DNA from: Chiloscyllium plagiosum
Taxonomy: Eukaryota
Assembly (NCBI RefSeq): GCF_004010195.1
Contig: NC_057718.1
Coordinates: 52,762,498-52,826,497, forward strand
Direction: 5' to 3'
DNA length: 64,000 nt
The position numbers and the translations under genes are program-made. Under the pieces are notes generated by a model. It was not told the origin of the DNA. It made no database searches and saw nothing but the letters and a program-made list of their open reading frames with translations. Positions 40,001-51,727 of this stretch are shown here, piece after piece (positions within the stretch are counted from its first letter, which is position 1; every line of letters begins with the position of its first letter).

Positions 40001-41195
40001 GTAAGGTATCAGGATGATTAATTATGCCATTTCCTCAGATCATTCGAAGCAAGCCAATTTACTAAAAGCATACTATGTTGTTATAAACAAACAAGCTTCA
40101 TATTAGGTCAGACACTTTTATGCCAGAAGAATGTAATATTCCTACTCAATAGTTAGTTGTAGTATTTATCTATGGGATTCTTCAATATGACAATATTCAC
40201 ACATAATTTCTTATATTATGGGAGATAACATATAGATTGCCACATTAAGTAAAACACTCTAAGAGGAAAACTTACACCAATCAACAGCCAGCAGAGCTGA
40301 AATTTCAAATTGGAGCTCTACATTTATCTAACCTAATTTATTTAGCTTAATTTTTTGGTGTTACCATCCTTTGACTGTTTAAAGTTTGAGAAAATTGATT
40401 TGAGCATACCCTGTATATGCTGCCATCAGTCCCAATCCAGTCTCCAAAACAAACCTGAAATAGGTAAAGCCCCATAATTTGCATTCAAAATGAACATAAT
40501 ACTAACTACATGCAGGCAACTCAGCCAACTCCTGCCACCGACAGTGTATACAGATTCAACCTGTTCATATTGCACCAGGAATAACCATTTCTCAGTAGAA
40601 AATATGAGCTACGCAATCCAATTTCAAGGCCATTATGAAGATTATATGAGAGGTACTTTAAGAATACTCTGCAACACATTGGTCGAAGCTAATCTGCATT
40701 CTTACACACAATAACAGTAAGCACTTTAATTTACTTTAATGACATCTTTTATTATTCAGTAGACGGTTTCTCCCAGTGATTCTTGACCTGAAAGAAATTG
40801 CGTTAACACATGCCATTACATTAACTGTACAACAATTTTATAATACATGAATTAGATATTAGTAATTCCACTTGACCTGAATCATGCATAGAAAGGATAA
40901 TGAGTTCAAAGCAAATGAATGAAGCTAGCTAACTAACAACTGTCATTGTTAATATTAAAAATATAATTAACTTTAGACATGAAATGGATTATTGTCAAGA
41001 ATTGTATTGTAAGATATGAATTTCATACCCGATAATCATTTGTACAGATATCACTTATGGAGTGTTCCTGAGAATAGCTACAGGATCTTAGCACTATATT
41101 TTGTCTTAGAAAACTGAAAGCATCTCTCAAGAAGAATTATTAAGAATTTTTAAGCTTTACATGGTCCATTTCCAAATAGGCTTTAAGGCAATGGA

Positions 41196-41768
41196 TTAGA
41201 ATGAGAATTAGCTTTATTGTCACATGAACTCAAATGAGTACAGTGAAAAATTCATAAGTCACCATTTACAGTGCCATCTTAGGTACAAAGGTACCTCGGT
41301 ACAGTTTCTTCAGTTACAAAATCTTAGAAAGTAGAATTACAGAAATGAAAGTTCAGAAAGCAGCCTTCCAACCCAGACCACACTGACAAACAGCCTTCAG
41401 TCCATACCGGGTCTTGGCTCCAGACCGGGCCAGGCTTCACCTCGAGGTTCATGAAGCTGGGAGATCACTTCAAAATCACCTTGAGACTGGGAGACCAGGC
41501 TGAGGCCACCAGTTGAGACACTACCATGTACTGCCAGGATGCTGCCATGCGTACCTGCTACGCAAGGCTGGGAGACTGCCATGTCAAGCCAGAAGGCCGC
41601 TATGCAAGGTCGAGAGAACCCCTCATTGTACCTGCACTAGGATTTGTTAAAGGCTGGGGGAGAACAACAAAAAACAGAACACAAGATAAAAACGAGAGAA
41701 GAGAAAGGAAATTAATGGGCAGAGCCAACAAGCACCAGCTAAAATGTTCTACTCCTCTGCCATCTTAG
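41196..41768 (-). mobile_element. Putative non-autonomous element with Rex1-like 3' tail
   Basis: 'tttattgtcacatgaact...gagtacagtgaaaa' matches the Rex1 tail at 1883-1917; the other end reads AAGATGGCAGAGGAGTAG on minus; internal ctgggaga-containing repeats. Confidence 0.55.
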
Positions 41769-42339
41769 GCTGGAACCAATACCAATAATTTCAATGAACA
41801 ATTTGTGATTTTCTTTATAGTTATAATATCTAACACTGAAAACATTTGAAATATTACATAGAATAACATTTGCAACTTCAGGATTTCCATGTGTAAAGGA
41901 CAAGCAGAGCCTCTTTAAATGGTCAGTGTTTTCTGGATCATAAGTTCCAGGAGGTGTCCATGTCATTGGCAGTACGAGTTCTGGATAGTAGATGAATGGT
42001 CATCTGCAAGATTCAGAAGATGCAGGAAGTAGAAGGGTCTCTGGGATGTGTGTCATTCTCAGAATGTTAAACAGGATTAGGAACTGCTGGATGACTTAGC
42101 TTAAAAAAATTCAGTCATCATAGGCGATCATATCGTCAGGGAATACATATTTATGTAACCATTGATGTGAGTCCTACATGATGCGTTGCCTCCCAAATGC
42201 CAGGTAAATGACATCAAGGACATGGGGCAGAAAAAGGACAAAAGGAAATGAACTATATTTTGCGATACTGGTTTGTCCCAGTGATGTAGAGATGACAGAG
42301 ATTTAAGTCCTTTGGTGAGATTTGGTCCTATTGTCAAAT

Positions 42340-42800
42340 TGAATGCTTCCACCAAACTTCCAGACAGTGCATTTCAGATCTGAACCATTTGTTGTTTGAA
42401 AAAAAAACATTAACATCTCATTTATTGCATTTGCAAAACTATTTAAATCTATGACCTCTCGATCTCAATTCTTTTCTGAGAGGTACATTTTCCCCTGGTC
42501 TACTTCACCCAAATCTGTCATGATGCTTAATACTTCCTTCAAATCACCTCAATGCTTTCTTCTCTCCAAGGAGAACAATTCCAAAATCTCCTATCTGTCC
42601 TTATAACTAACCTTCCTCATCCTTAGAACTATTTTTATTAAATCTGTTCTGCACTGTCTTCAATGTAAACATATCCTTCACATATTATTGTGTCTAGAAC
42701 CGTACACAGTACGCCAGCTGTGTTCCAACAAGTGTCTTATACAGTTTAAGTACAAGTTCCTTCCTCTCATACTGTACATATCTATTTATAGATCTCAGGA
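42340..42800 (-). mobile_element. Degenerate CR1 3' fragment
   Basis: 'caaatcacctc...ttctctccaaggagaacaa', 'ctagaaccgtacacagtac' (reverse of YCV.FW). Confidence 0.6.
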
Positions 42801-43099
42801 CATAAAGTGCTCAGAAAAAGGAAGACACTGTACTGAATTAACAAAAGGATGCTTTTAGGGAAAAAGGACAGAATGCATTTGCTTGAGTTGAAAAGCAAAA
42901 ATATATGATCACACTGTTATGGATTTTCGACAGGATAACAAGTGGTGAGCAAATGGGAGATAGGAACAAATCTATCTCTGAGGGTTATCATGGAACTGTG
43001 TAAGAACTACAGAGTGGTGCTAGGTGATACTGGGAGATGTTAATACCCTTAAGTTCAACTTTGAAATGCTAATCCTTTTAAAAGTTTTGATTTGACTAT

Positions 43100-43400
43100 A
43101 ATCACAATGTTACATCTATTTCTATTCACCACACATTAGGAAAGATCTGAGAGTACTGGAGAAGTTGCAAGAGTTTTTGCCAGATTGGTCCCAGGGATAG
43201 GGGATTCAAATATAAAGTTAGTCTGGAGAAATTGATATTCTTTTCCTTGGAGAAAAAGAGTTCGAAGATAAATTTGACTGAGATGCATAAGTGTTGAAAA
43301 CATATATACTTGGGAATTATGAAAATGGAAGATGTGGACAATTCCTGAGTTGCAGAGGAACAAACAAATTCAAAAGGTCAAAATAACTGGTGATTGTTTG
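43100..43400 (+). mobile_element. CR1 fragment
   Basis: 'tattcaccacacattaggaaagat...ctggagaagttgcaagag', 'ttttccttggagaaaaagagttcgaagataaatttg'. Confidence 0.6.
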
Positions 43401-44872
43401 CTGTTTACAGAAAGCTAAGTGGCTTTAGGAGAAAATATTTTAAAAAGAGAAATAAGAACATGCTTAATAGTGTATAATTGCTGGACAAACAGATTGATAT
43501 TTGAAGATTTCCTAGCAATAGCCTCTGGACATTTGGTTTCTGTTTTGCCACAGATTTGAGATTTGATCAAATGTGGAGAGGTGTGCAAGGAAACAATTCT
43601 CTCAATCTCTCACTCTCTGATTAAAACATAACTCCCCCCGCCCTCCCAAAAAAAACAGCTGAAGAGATATCTTAGCAAAGTTTTTTTGGCACTTGGGGAT
43701 GTTCTAGAATCAATATTTCTCCCTGAACTCTTCATATAACTTTGAGGGTCAAACTGTTCGCACAATAATAAGACCTATGTTTAACTGACCTGCTACTCAA
43801 TCCGTGAGTTTTCCATCACTCTGTGACTGACAGCAACATGATCTTGTCAACGAGATACTGAAGGAAATGTGAGAAAGTCATCTCATTCTTCGCTATTAGT
43901 TTGAATTTCGATCAGCAGGGATTTCCCCTGTATTTCCCACTTAATTGCTCTGCAGAACTGAATCACCTCATCCTATCTGTGTATAAATGTGTGCATGGCT
44001 GAGCTCAAGTATGTATAGTTTAATCCTGCATAGTTGCTTAGTTAATAACCTATTTTCTCATGCATCTAAAGAATGATTGTGTTCTTCAAAATCACAAGGC
44101 AACTGCATTTATTGAAGAAACTTAGTAGAAGTACTTCTAGGTAACTGTTATAAAATTTGCGATTACAAAAATTCAATTATCTCAAAAAATGAAAGTCAGT
44201 TCACTCAGCTTGTGGATAGCTGAGGCTTGAATTTCAGCACACTCCTACTGTATGTATCATATCCAAAAGTTATCACAGAGTTAGATGAGATAGACAAAGA
44301 AACAGAGGCCTCAAGGACACAATAAATGTTGGGCAAGAGATGCAAAGGTGATGTGAGAAAGAACTTTTTACACAATAAGTGGCAATATGTTCAAACACGT
44401 AGCCGATGACAGTAGTGGTTGAATAATTTTAAAATAAAAATTGGATAAATAATCGAACAAAGTAAATATAAAAGGTTACAGATATAAAATGGGGCAAATA
44501 CCCTTGTTCTGTGCCATAGTCACTCTGACTCTATGACATGTTTAAATAGATAACTGTTCAACACATCTTACCTTTTCTTCAGGAATACAGATTTGGAGTT
44601 GACCTCAAAAAGTTTAAGTCTTGTGCCTAAAGATTTCCTAAATGTATTTAGATTTTCTCATTTGTAGTTCACAGAGAGCTCACACAGATCAAACTATTCC
44701 ATAATAGAACATCTCCCATGGAAAGACAGTTTACTATATCTTGCAAAATCCACATAAATGATGTTTACTACCAGCAGTGTGTCCACAGCATGGCCTTTGA
44801 ACTGTGAATTAACATGGCTCATTTAGCTTCTTCTCAGGTCTTTTCTTATATTTGAAGTTAACTTAACCAAAA

Positions 44873-45750
44873 AGACCATAATGCTGAGCAAAGGTAGGCC
44901 ATTTAGCCCATTTGTCTGCTCCGCCAATCAATAAGATCGTGTCTGATCTGACAATCCTTAACCCCACTTTCCTGCCTTTTCCCATACACTTGTTTCCCTT
45001 CCCGATTAAAAATCTAGCTCAGCCTTGAATATTCTCAACAGCTGAATATTGACAGCCCTCTGCAATAAAGAATTACTCAGATTCACTACCCTCTGAGAGA
45101 CAAAAAGGCTACTCCTCACCTTTGGGTTATATGATCAACCCCTCACTCTAAGATTAAACTCCCTCGTCCGAGATTCTTCCAAACAGAGGAACAACCTTTC
45201 CGTTTCTACCCTGTCAAACCCGGTAAGAATCTTGTGTCTTTCAATAAGGTCATTCTTTCCATCTGCAATGTGTACGGGCCCAACTCAACCTTGCCCCATA
45301 AGAAAATCCCTCGATATGTGTAATCAACATAGTGAATGTTCTTTGTTCTGCCTCCAATGCCAATATATATCTCATTAGGTAAGGGTACCTGAACTCTTCA
45401 TTCTATTCTAGCTGTGGTGAGATTAGTGCCTTATAAAGTTTTATCAATACCTCACTATTTTTACCTCTATTCCCTTTGAAAGAAAGACCAACAACCTATT
45501 TGCCTCTGATGTTTTATTGAATTTGGATATTTTTGCAATTTATGTTGTAGATTCCCAATTTCCTTTGCGTTGCAGCTTTCTGCAGACTTTGAATGATATT
45601 TATCTTTCTTCCTGCCGAAGTGCATTATGTCACATTTTCCCACATTCTATTCCCGACTTTAGACACTTAATCTGTCTATATCCCTCTTCAGAGTGTCTGT
45701 GTCTACCTCACCACTTGCTTTCCCTTTTTTATTCTTTCGCCAAGTAGCAA
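44873..45750 (-). mobile_element. CR1 3' fragment
   Basis: Begins 'gaccataatgctgagcaaaggtaggccatttagccc' (CR1 tail, antisense); 'cagattcactaccctctgaga' (QRVVNL reverse). Confidence 0.7.
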
Positions 45751-46324
45751 AAAATTAGCTTTAAAACAAAATAAAATGTTAGTTTATCGTTTATCTATTG
45801 AATGGTTTGTGTTTTCTTGTACGTGCAGACTCAGCAGAACAGCAGATATTGGGAGACACAGTGAAGTGGTAGGATTAAAAAAAATGTCCAAAGCAGATCA
45901 TTAAGGATTAATTGGACATGACAGTGATCAATGGAAATAAAGTGGAAAAGTATTAGAAGACAGGGCTTGTCTGAAAACAATTTATTTTGATGGCATGGAC
46001 TTACCTGTGGGCATTGTTGGCAAGGGTAATCCAGCAGGGCTGCGAGATCGTGTTGTTTTCTGTATAATGGTATGTCTTGGAAAGTACAGACAACTGCAGA
46101 ATAATACTAATATCAGGGATTTTGTCCCATTTAGGGACCTTCATTTTTGCCTGGGCATCCATGACAGTGAGAAGGCAATGGGCTTTTTGCTCCATTCAGC
46201 TGCAGTTTGTGCTGCTAGACTTGGTCTTGGACTGGGATTGAGAACAGTGCCAGAATCTACAAACTCTCCAGGTCTGCCATCATAAAGAGTGATACCCAAT
46301 GGGCAGAAGTCTGTAAGGTTTGTT

Positions 46325-46500
46325 GTTAATATATATGTGTGTATTCACCGCTAAATATATACATATTCACTACTACATATACACTGCTTTTATACATATA
46401 TTCACCACTTAAAATAAAATATATTTGCTGCTTTCCTTATTATATTTACCAATTAATATTTACACTTATGTATATGTATCATTGTTAATAAATGTATTAA
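46325..46500. repeat. Degenerate AT-rich minisatellite (about 20-bp unit, atatattcacc.ct)
   Basis: gtattcaccgct, catattcactact, atattcaccact, atatttaccaat recur. Confidence 0.55.
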
Positions 46501-46594
46501 TATCATTTAATTTATAGAGAGTATTTTGTTACATCTCACTAAATTCACCATTTAATCATAACCAATGGAAAATTCCTGGCTTTTGGTTCTGCAG

Positions 46595-46886
46595 CTATGG
46601 CACTTCTAGCTGCTCAATTAATATACAGCAGATCTACAGCTCTACTGTTATTCGAGATGTTTCTCTTTCTCTCTCCCTCTGGAGAGAAGTTTGTTCTGGA
46701 TGGCTCAAGATTAAATCTCTCGATGTCTCAGCAGCTAGCCATTAACTCAGTTTTTCTAAATATTACCACAGCATAACTGTACGGTCTTGACAGTGATTCT
46801 TATTAAGCCAGTATTGATGTTACAGGAGAGGAATACAATCTATGTCACCACCCATTTAATTTTATCATCCAAGAGCCACAATATAG
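46595..46886 (+). repeat. 292-bp direct repeat, copy 1
   Basis: ctatggcacttctag...gagccacaatatag is repeated at 47971-48262 with about 10 differences. Confidence 0.95.
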
Positions 46887-47124
46887 CTCTAGGTAGGAAA
46901 CTGGCCAAAGACTGTATCAGACACAGTCAGCACTACAAGGTCAGCATATGATATTTTTTATATATTCCAGTTACAAACAGAACCATAGATTTCTGCACAT
47001 CAGTCAGAGGTAGCCCCTAAACTATATCCAGGTGGCTTCAGATAGCAACCTGCAGGAACTAACTCAGACAATATCTGAAAAGAGAAAAGAGTATTTTTTA
47101 CAATACTTGGGCAATTTTCTTTTT

Positions 47125-47522
47125 GGGTTTGTTTAGCTCAGTTGGCTGGAGAGCAGATTTGCGATGCAGAATGAATCTCACACCACAAGATCAATTCCCA
47201 TCCCAGCTGAGGTTACTGAGAAGGTCCTTCCTTCTTAACTTCTCCCCTTGCCTGAGGCATTGACTAGGAGAATGTGAGGACTGCAGATACTGGAGATCAC
47301 AGTCAAAAAGTGTGACGCTGGAAAAGCACAGCAGTGCTGATGAAGGGCTTATGCCTGAAACATTGACTCTCCTGCTCCTCAGATGCTGTCTGACTTGCTT
47401 TTTCCATTCCGCCCTACACTTTTGACTATGAGGCATTAACTTGCCAGCCAAACTATCACCAGTCATCTCTCTCCAATAAGACAGTAGCCTGTGATCCTTT
47501 GGAACTATAGTAACTTTACTCT
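47125..47522 (+). mobile_element. tRNA-headed SINE interrupted by a Penelope fold-back insertion
   Basis: A box 'tagctcagttgg', B-box-like 'gatcaattccc'; the body resumes after the TSD at 47429. Confidence 0.6.
47266..47428. mobile_element. Family A Penelope fold-back mini-insertion with one hammerhead motif
   Basis: Minus-strand 3' end (47266-47333) joined to plus-strand CTGATGAAGGGCTTATGCCTGAAAC...; 13-bp TSD TGAGGCATT(G/A)ACT (47253-47265 and 47429-47441). Confidence 0.85.
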
Positions 47523-47970
47523 GAGTGGTTTAATAATAAATCATAATTTACTTCTTATCTTTCCTTATGTTATTTTCCTCTTTGCTGGCAGCAATCTTTG
47601 GGATTTTTAAGTTCATTTTTAAAAGGAACAAACAAATAGTTCTTGTTGGAAAGATGTAAAGATTTTTAGCAGTGCATGGAGAAGTGTAATATTCCTGCTG
47701 GGACTAAATATGTATAATTATTGACAATGTTAAAAACTGAAATATGCCAAACGTTTGGACATTGGATTAAAAAGGTATAATCAAGGAATGAGGTCAACAA
47801 TTTAATGTGGCTGCAAGCCATCTGCTGTTCATAGAATATCATGTATATTTGGGAAAGCATTAAGCAAAGCTTTTATGGAGATGCTCCAAATTGCCGGAAA
47901 CCTTGATTGGAAAGACTATAGGGTCATACGCTAATCAATGCCTAACATGTTTTTCTGGTCTTAAATAAAC

Positions 47971-48262
47971 CTATGGCACTTCTAGGTGCTCAATTAATAT
48001 ACAGCAGATCTACAGCTCTACTGTTATTCGAGATGTTTCTCTTTCTCTCTCCTTCTGGAGAGAAGTTAGTTCTGGATGGCTCAAGATTAAATCTCTCGAT
48101 ATCTCAGCAGCTAGCCATTAAATCAGTTTTTCTAAATATTACCACAGCATAACTGTACGATCTTGACAGTGATTATTATTAAGCCAGTATTGATATTACA
48201 GGAGAGGAATACAATCTATGTCACCACCCATTTAACTTATTCATCCAAGAGCCACAATATAG
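47971..48262 (+). repeat. 292-bp direct repeat, copy 2
   Basis: Near-identical to 46595-46886. Confidence 0.95.
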
Positions 48263-48534
48263 GGAGTTAGAAGGAAGAAATCTGCCAAAGCAGCAAGTTT
48301 CTATCACTCTTGGTGGAGGAAATTGGGACCTTCATAAAGGTTCTATATCTCAGTTTTTTGACCATCTTGTAAACTCTGCAAAATGAACTTGGAACCAGCA
48401 AACTTTCATTCAAGCCAAAGCTTGCTAGGAAGATATCCCATCTGCCTAAGGAAGTCAGAAATTTGATTTTGTCAACAAGAAACCTGGTAGACTGAGAAAT
48501 AGTTTGTTTCTGTTTTTTGCTCTTCAAATCATTA

Positions 48535-49034
48535 NNNNNNNNNNNNNNNNNNNNNNNNNNNNNNNNNNNNNNNNNNNNNNNNNNNNNNNNNNNNNNNNNN
48601 NNNNNNNNNNNNNNNNNNNNNNNNNNNNNNNNNNNNNNNNNNNNNNNNNNNNNNNNNNNNNNNNNNNNNNNNNNNNNNNNNNNNNNNNNNNNNNNNNNNN
48701 NNNNNNNNNNNNNNNNNNNNNNNNNNNNNNNNNNNNNNNNNNNNNNNNNNNNNNNNNNNNNNNNNNNNNNNNNNNNNNNNNNNNNNNNNNNNNNNNNNNN
48801 NNNNNNNNNNNNNNNNNNNNNNNNNNNNNNNNNNNNNNNNNNNNNNNNNNNNNNNNNNNNNNNNNNNNNNNNNNNNNNNNNNNNNNNNNNNNNNNNNNNN
48901 NNNNNNNNNNNNNNNNNNNNNNNNNNNNNNNNNNNNNNNNNNNNNNNNNNNNNNNNNNNNNNNNNNNNNNNNNNNNNNNNNNNNNNNNNNNNNNNNNNNN
49001 NNNNNNNNNNNNNNNNNNNNNNNNNNNNNNNNNN
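48535..49034. other. Assembly gap (500 N)
   Basis: Run of n. Confidence 1.
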
Positions 49035-49071
49035 CCAGTCCCATGTTCCTAACCATGCCCTGAGCTCAAGG

Positions 49072-49665
49072 CTGGTACAATTGCAATATTTAAAAGGCAT
49101 TTGGATGGGTATATGAATAGGTAAAAACCCTACTGAGAATCCTCTTGCAAGAATGCCTGCCTTGAAGAAGTTTTCCTCCTTTCTCTACAAGAATCTCAGG
49201 GAGTCCCTTTCCCACTGCAACTCCCAGGTCATTTCCTCTGCCATGAAGCACTTCAACCATGTCCTGAAAATCTTCCTTTCCACCTATCCACTCCACCCTC
49301 CTCCCTAAACTATCACCTTCATCCCCTCCCCCACTCACCTATTGTACTCTATGCTACTTTCTCCCCACCCCCACCCTCCTCTCATTTATCTCTCCACCCT
49401 TCAGGCACTCTGCCTGTATTCCTGAAGAAGGGCTTTTGCCCGGAACATAGATTTTACTGCTCCTCGGATGCTGCCTGAACTGCTGTGCTTTTCCAGCACG
49501 ATTTTAATCTAATCCCTGGGTATATGAATAGGAAGGGTTTGGAGGGATATGGGCCGGGAGCTTGCAGGTGGGACTAAATTGGGTTAAGATATCTGGTCGG
49601 CATGGACGGGTTGGACCGAAGAGTCTGTTTCCATGCTATACATCTCTATAACTCTATGACTCTAT
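49072..49665 (+). mobile_element. CR1 3' end interrupted by a Penelope derivative
   Basis: 'tttaaaaggcatttggatgggtatatgaatagg' resumes as 'aagggtttggagggatatggg...ctataactctatgactctat' (CR1 octamer-type tail). Confidence 0.85.
49122..49516 (+). mobile_element. Internally deleted family A Penelope derivative
   Basis: Short ORF MPALKKFSSFLYKNLRESLSHCNSQVISSAMKHFNHVLK (from 49154) fused to a C-rich 3' region similar to 52210-52380 reverse, then pLTR CTGAAGAAGGGCTTTTGCCCGGAAC; 16-bp TSD TGGGTATATGAATAGG (49106-49121 and 49517-49532). Confidence 0.75.
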
Positions 49666-50655
49666 TCTCTCCATTGCTGCACTGTATGCGCTCTACAGGA
49701 CCTTCCATTGGAAGATTGTCCCATAAAAGCAGTGCTAAGCAAATATGCACTTTTTGTCTGACATGGATCGGAAATAGGAATTCTGACCCAGATGGAAAAT
49801 TTGATCTAATATCTTCATATCTAATGAAAACCTACATCCTATTTCGAGTTTGACATTAGATTCTTAGCCTCCTCTTGACATCATCATATTTTCTGCTTGG
49901 GTGACTGTGGCTGTCAGAGCCAGATTCTATCTCTATCTTGCTGATCCCCTTGGACATTTAAAGGGTCTCAGGACAGCATTTCACCTACCCCCTCTACTTC
50001 AATGATTGAGATAACCAGACTCTCACTGATCCTGGAATCAAAATAGGGAGAAATACAGAGCTAATATTTTGAATCTTTTGTCGGAACAGATTTCTCTGTA
50101 CAGATGTTGCCAGATCTTCTACATTTCACCAGCAGTTTCTTTCTTTGTTTCTACTCCCCCTCTGTCTGGCTATTAGTTCAACTGGCTTTGCAGCTTTAGT
50201 CTGTTGCTGGCTATTGGTTCTGTGCATACGATCATGCAGAGAATATATGATCTATGCAAAGAACCCCATGTCATTCGACCAAGTCCGAAAACCGTGGCTG
50301 ATTTTTCATTATTTTTATTTTATCCTTTTATATATGTTCTTTTGGAATTGTGAACCAAAAAGTACTCCTGATTTTTGGGCAGTTTGTGTTTAAAAGAAAG
50401 TGGGTCAAGCAATGCTGTGGTTTGTTTGTGAGGCCCATCCTGGAAGTGAATTGAAGGTTGGTTCTTGATCATAAGGTTCAACAGGCACTTTGAGACCATG
50501 AAGGGCAGCATGTTTAAACAGATAGCAGATGTTGGCCGTTAATGATGGCAATACCTGGGAATTCATTCCTGAACATCTGACAGAGAGCTTGTCCTCAAGC
50601 AAAGTTAAAAATCACACAACACCAGGTTATAGTCCAACAGGTTTAATTGGAAGCA

Positions 50656-50690
50656 CACTAGCTTTCGGAGCGATGCTCCTTCATCAGGTG
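50656..50690 (-). ncRNA. Minimal hammerhead ribozyme motif (family B, minus-strand mirror copy)
   Basis: Exact reverse complement of 50714-50748. Confidence 0.8.
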
Positions 50691-50713
50691 ATTGTCATCA
50701 GGTGATAGACAAT

Positions 50714-50748
50714 CACCTGATGAAGGAGCATCGCTCCGAAAGCTAGTG
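50714..50748 (+). ncRNA. Minimal type I hammerhead ribozyme motif (family B)
   Basis: CAC-CTGATGA-A-GGAGC-ATC-GCTCC-GAAA-GCTA-GTG: stem I CAC/GTG, 5-bp stem II, palindromic AGCT stem III, CUA triplet with predicted cleavage after 50745. Confidence 0.8.
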
Positions 50749-51007
50749 TGCTTCCAATTAAACCTGTTGGACTATAACCTGGTGTTGTGTGATTTTTAAC
50801 TTTGTACACCCCAGTCCAACACTGGCATCTCCGAATCATGTCCTCAAGCAGATTGCAGATGTTGAATGGTTACTCGGACTTCATGGGGAGATGGTCAGTC
50901 TGACAGGAAGAGGTCAGAGATTTGAAATAGATTTTGGAGAATGTTTTCTGTGAGAAGAGGTTTGGCTGTCAGTGCTACAGCATGAAGATTTGAAAGCTAT
51001 TTGCCTG

Positions 51008-51323
51008 TGGGCAGCATGATGGCTCAGTAGTTAGCACTGTAGTCTCACAGCACCAGGGACACGGGTTTGATTCCTGCCTCAGGTGACTGTCTGTGTGGAG
51101 TTTGCATATTCTCTCTGTGTCTGTGTGGGCTTTGTCTGGGTGCTCCGGTTTCCATCCACCATCCAAAGATGTGCAGGTTAGGTGAATTGGCCATAGCATT
51201 AGGTGCATTAGTCAGGGGGTAAGTATAGGGTAGTGGAAAGGTTTGGGTGGGTTACTCTTCAGAGGGTTGGTGTAGACTTGTCGGGCCAGAGGGCCTGTTT
51301 CCATTCTGTAGGGAATCTAATCT
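51008..51323 (+). mobile_element. Full-length HE1/V-SINE-like tRNA-derived SINE
   Basis: A box TGGCTCAGTAG, B box GGTTTGATTCC, V-domain-like 'gtgtggagtttgca...gtgctccggtttcc...ccaaagatgtgcaggttagg', CR1-like tail 'gggcctgtttccattctgtagggaatctaatct'. Confidence 0.85.
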
Positions 51324-51625
51324 CCCATTATTAGCTACTGGATGTTCAGAGGATAGAAACTAAATTATAAGTATAACCGATTTCCTCTGAGTAAACTGAA
51401 GAAGTGGCACTTAATACCATCTTTAGATATACAATGAAGAAACAACTCATCTCTGTCTGTGGAACAAGGTATTCTGAAAACCATTTAAGTAATCTGGCCA
51501 ATTTTGTTTTACTCTTTTATTAATCCCTTAACTAAGTTTGTTTGTCCTTCTGAATTTTGTGTGAACAGTGCTGAAAATGTAAATTATCGGGTTTAAACAT
51601 AAACATCAATTCGATTACTTTATTG

Positions 51626-51727
51626 GAACAAATTACTGCAAATGCTGGAAATCATAATGGGGTCAGGAAGCATCTGTGGAGAGAGAGCAAACTAATGTTT
51701 CGAATCCAGATGACTCTTCTTCAGAGT
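51626..51727 (-). mobile_element. Family D Penelope pLTR with a recognisable hammerhead core
   Basis: Minus strand CTGAAGA-A-GAGTC-ATCTG-GATTC-GAAA-CATTA; about 20-bp imperfect TSD tcaatt(c/a)gattacttt(a/g)ttg (51606-51625 and 51728-51747). Confidence 0.75.

Larger units (their letters stand above)
50601..50838. mobile_element. Young fold-back family B Penelope-like mini-element (perfect 96-bp arms)
   Basis: 50601-50696 is the exact reverse complement of 50708-50803; 12-bp TSD TGTCCTCAAGCA (50590-50601 and 50839-50850). Confidence 0.9.

Noticed and set aside
46595..48262. LTR retrotransposon or TRIM bounded by the 292-bp repeats
   Set aside because: No TG...CA termini, primer-binding site, polypurine tract or TSD detected.
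48267..49116. Long ORFs of 174-277 aa
   Set aside because: Artefacts of the 500-N gap translated as X.
51008..51085. tRNA gene
   Set aside because: The A and B boxes belong to a SINE head; there is no full cloverleaf and it continues into the SINE body.
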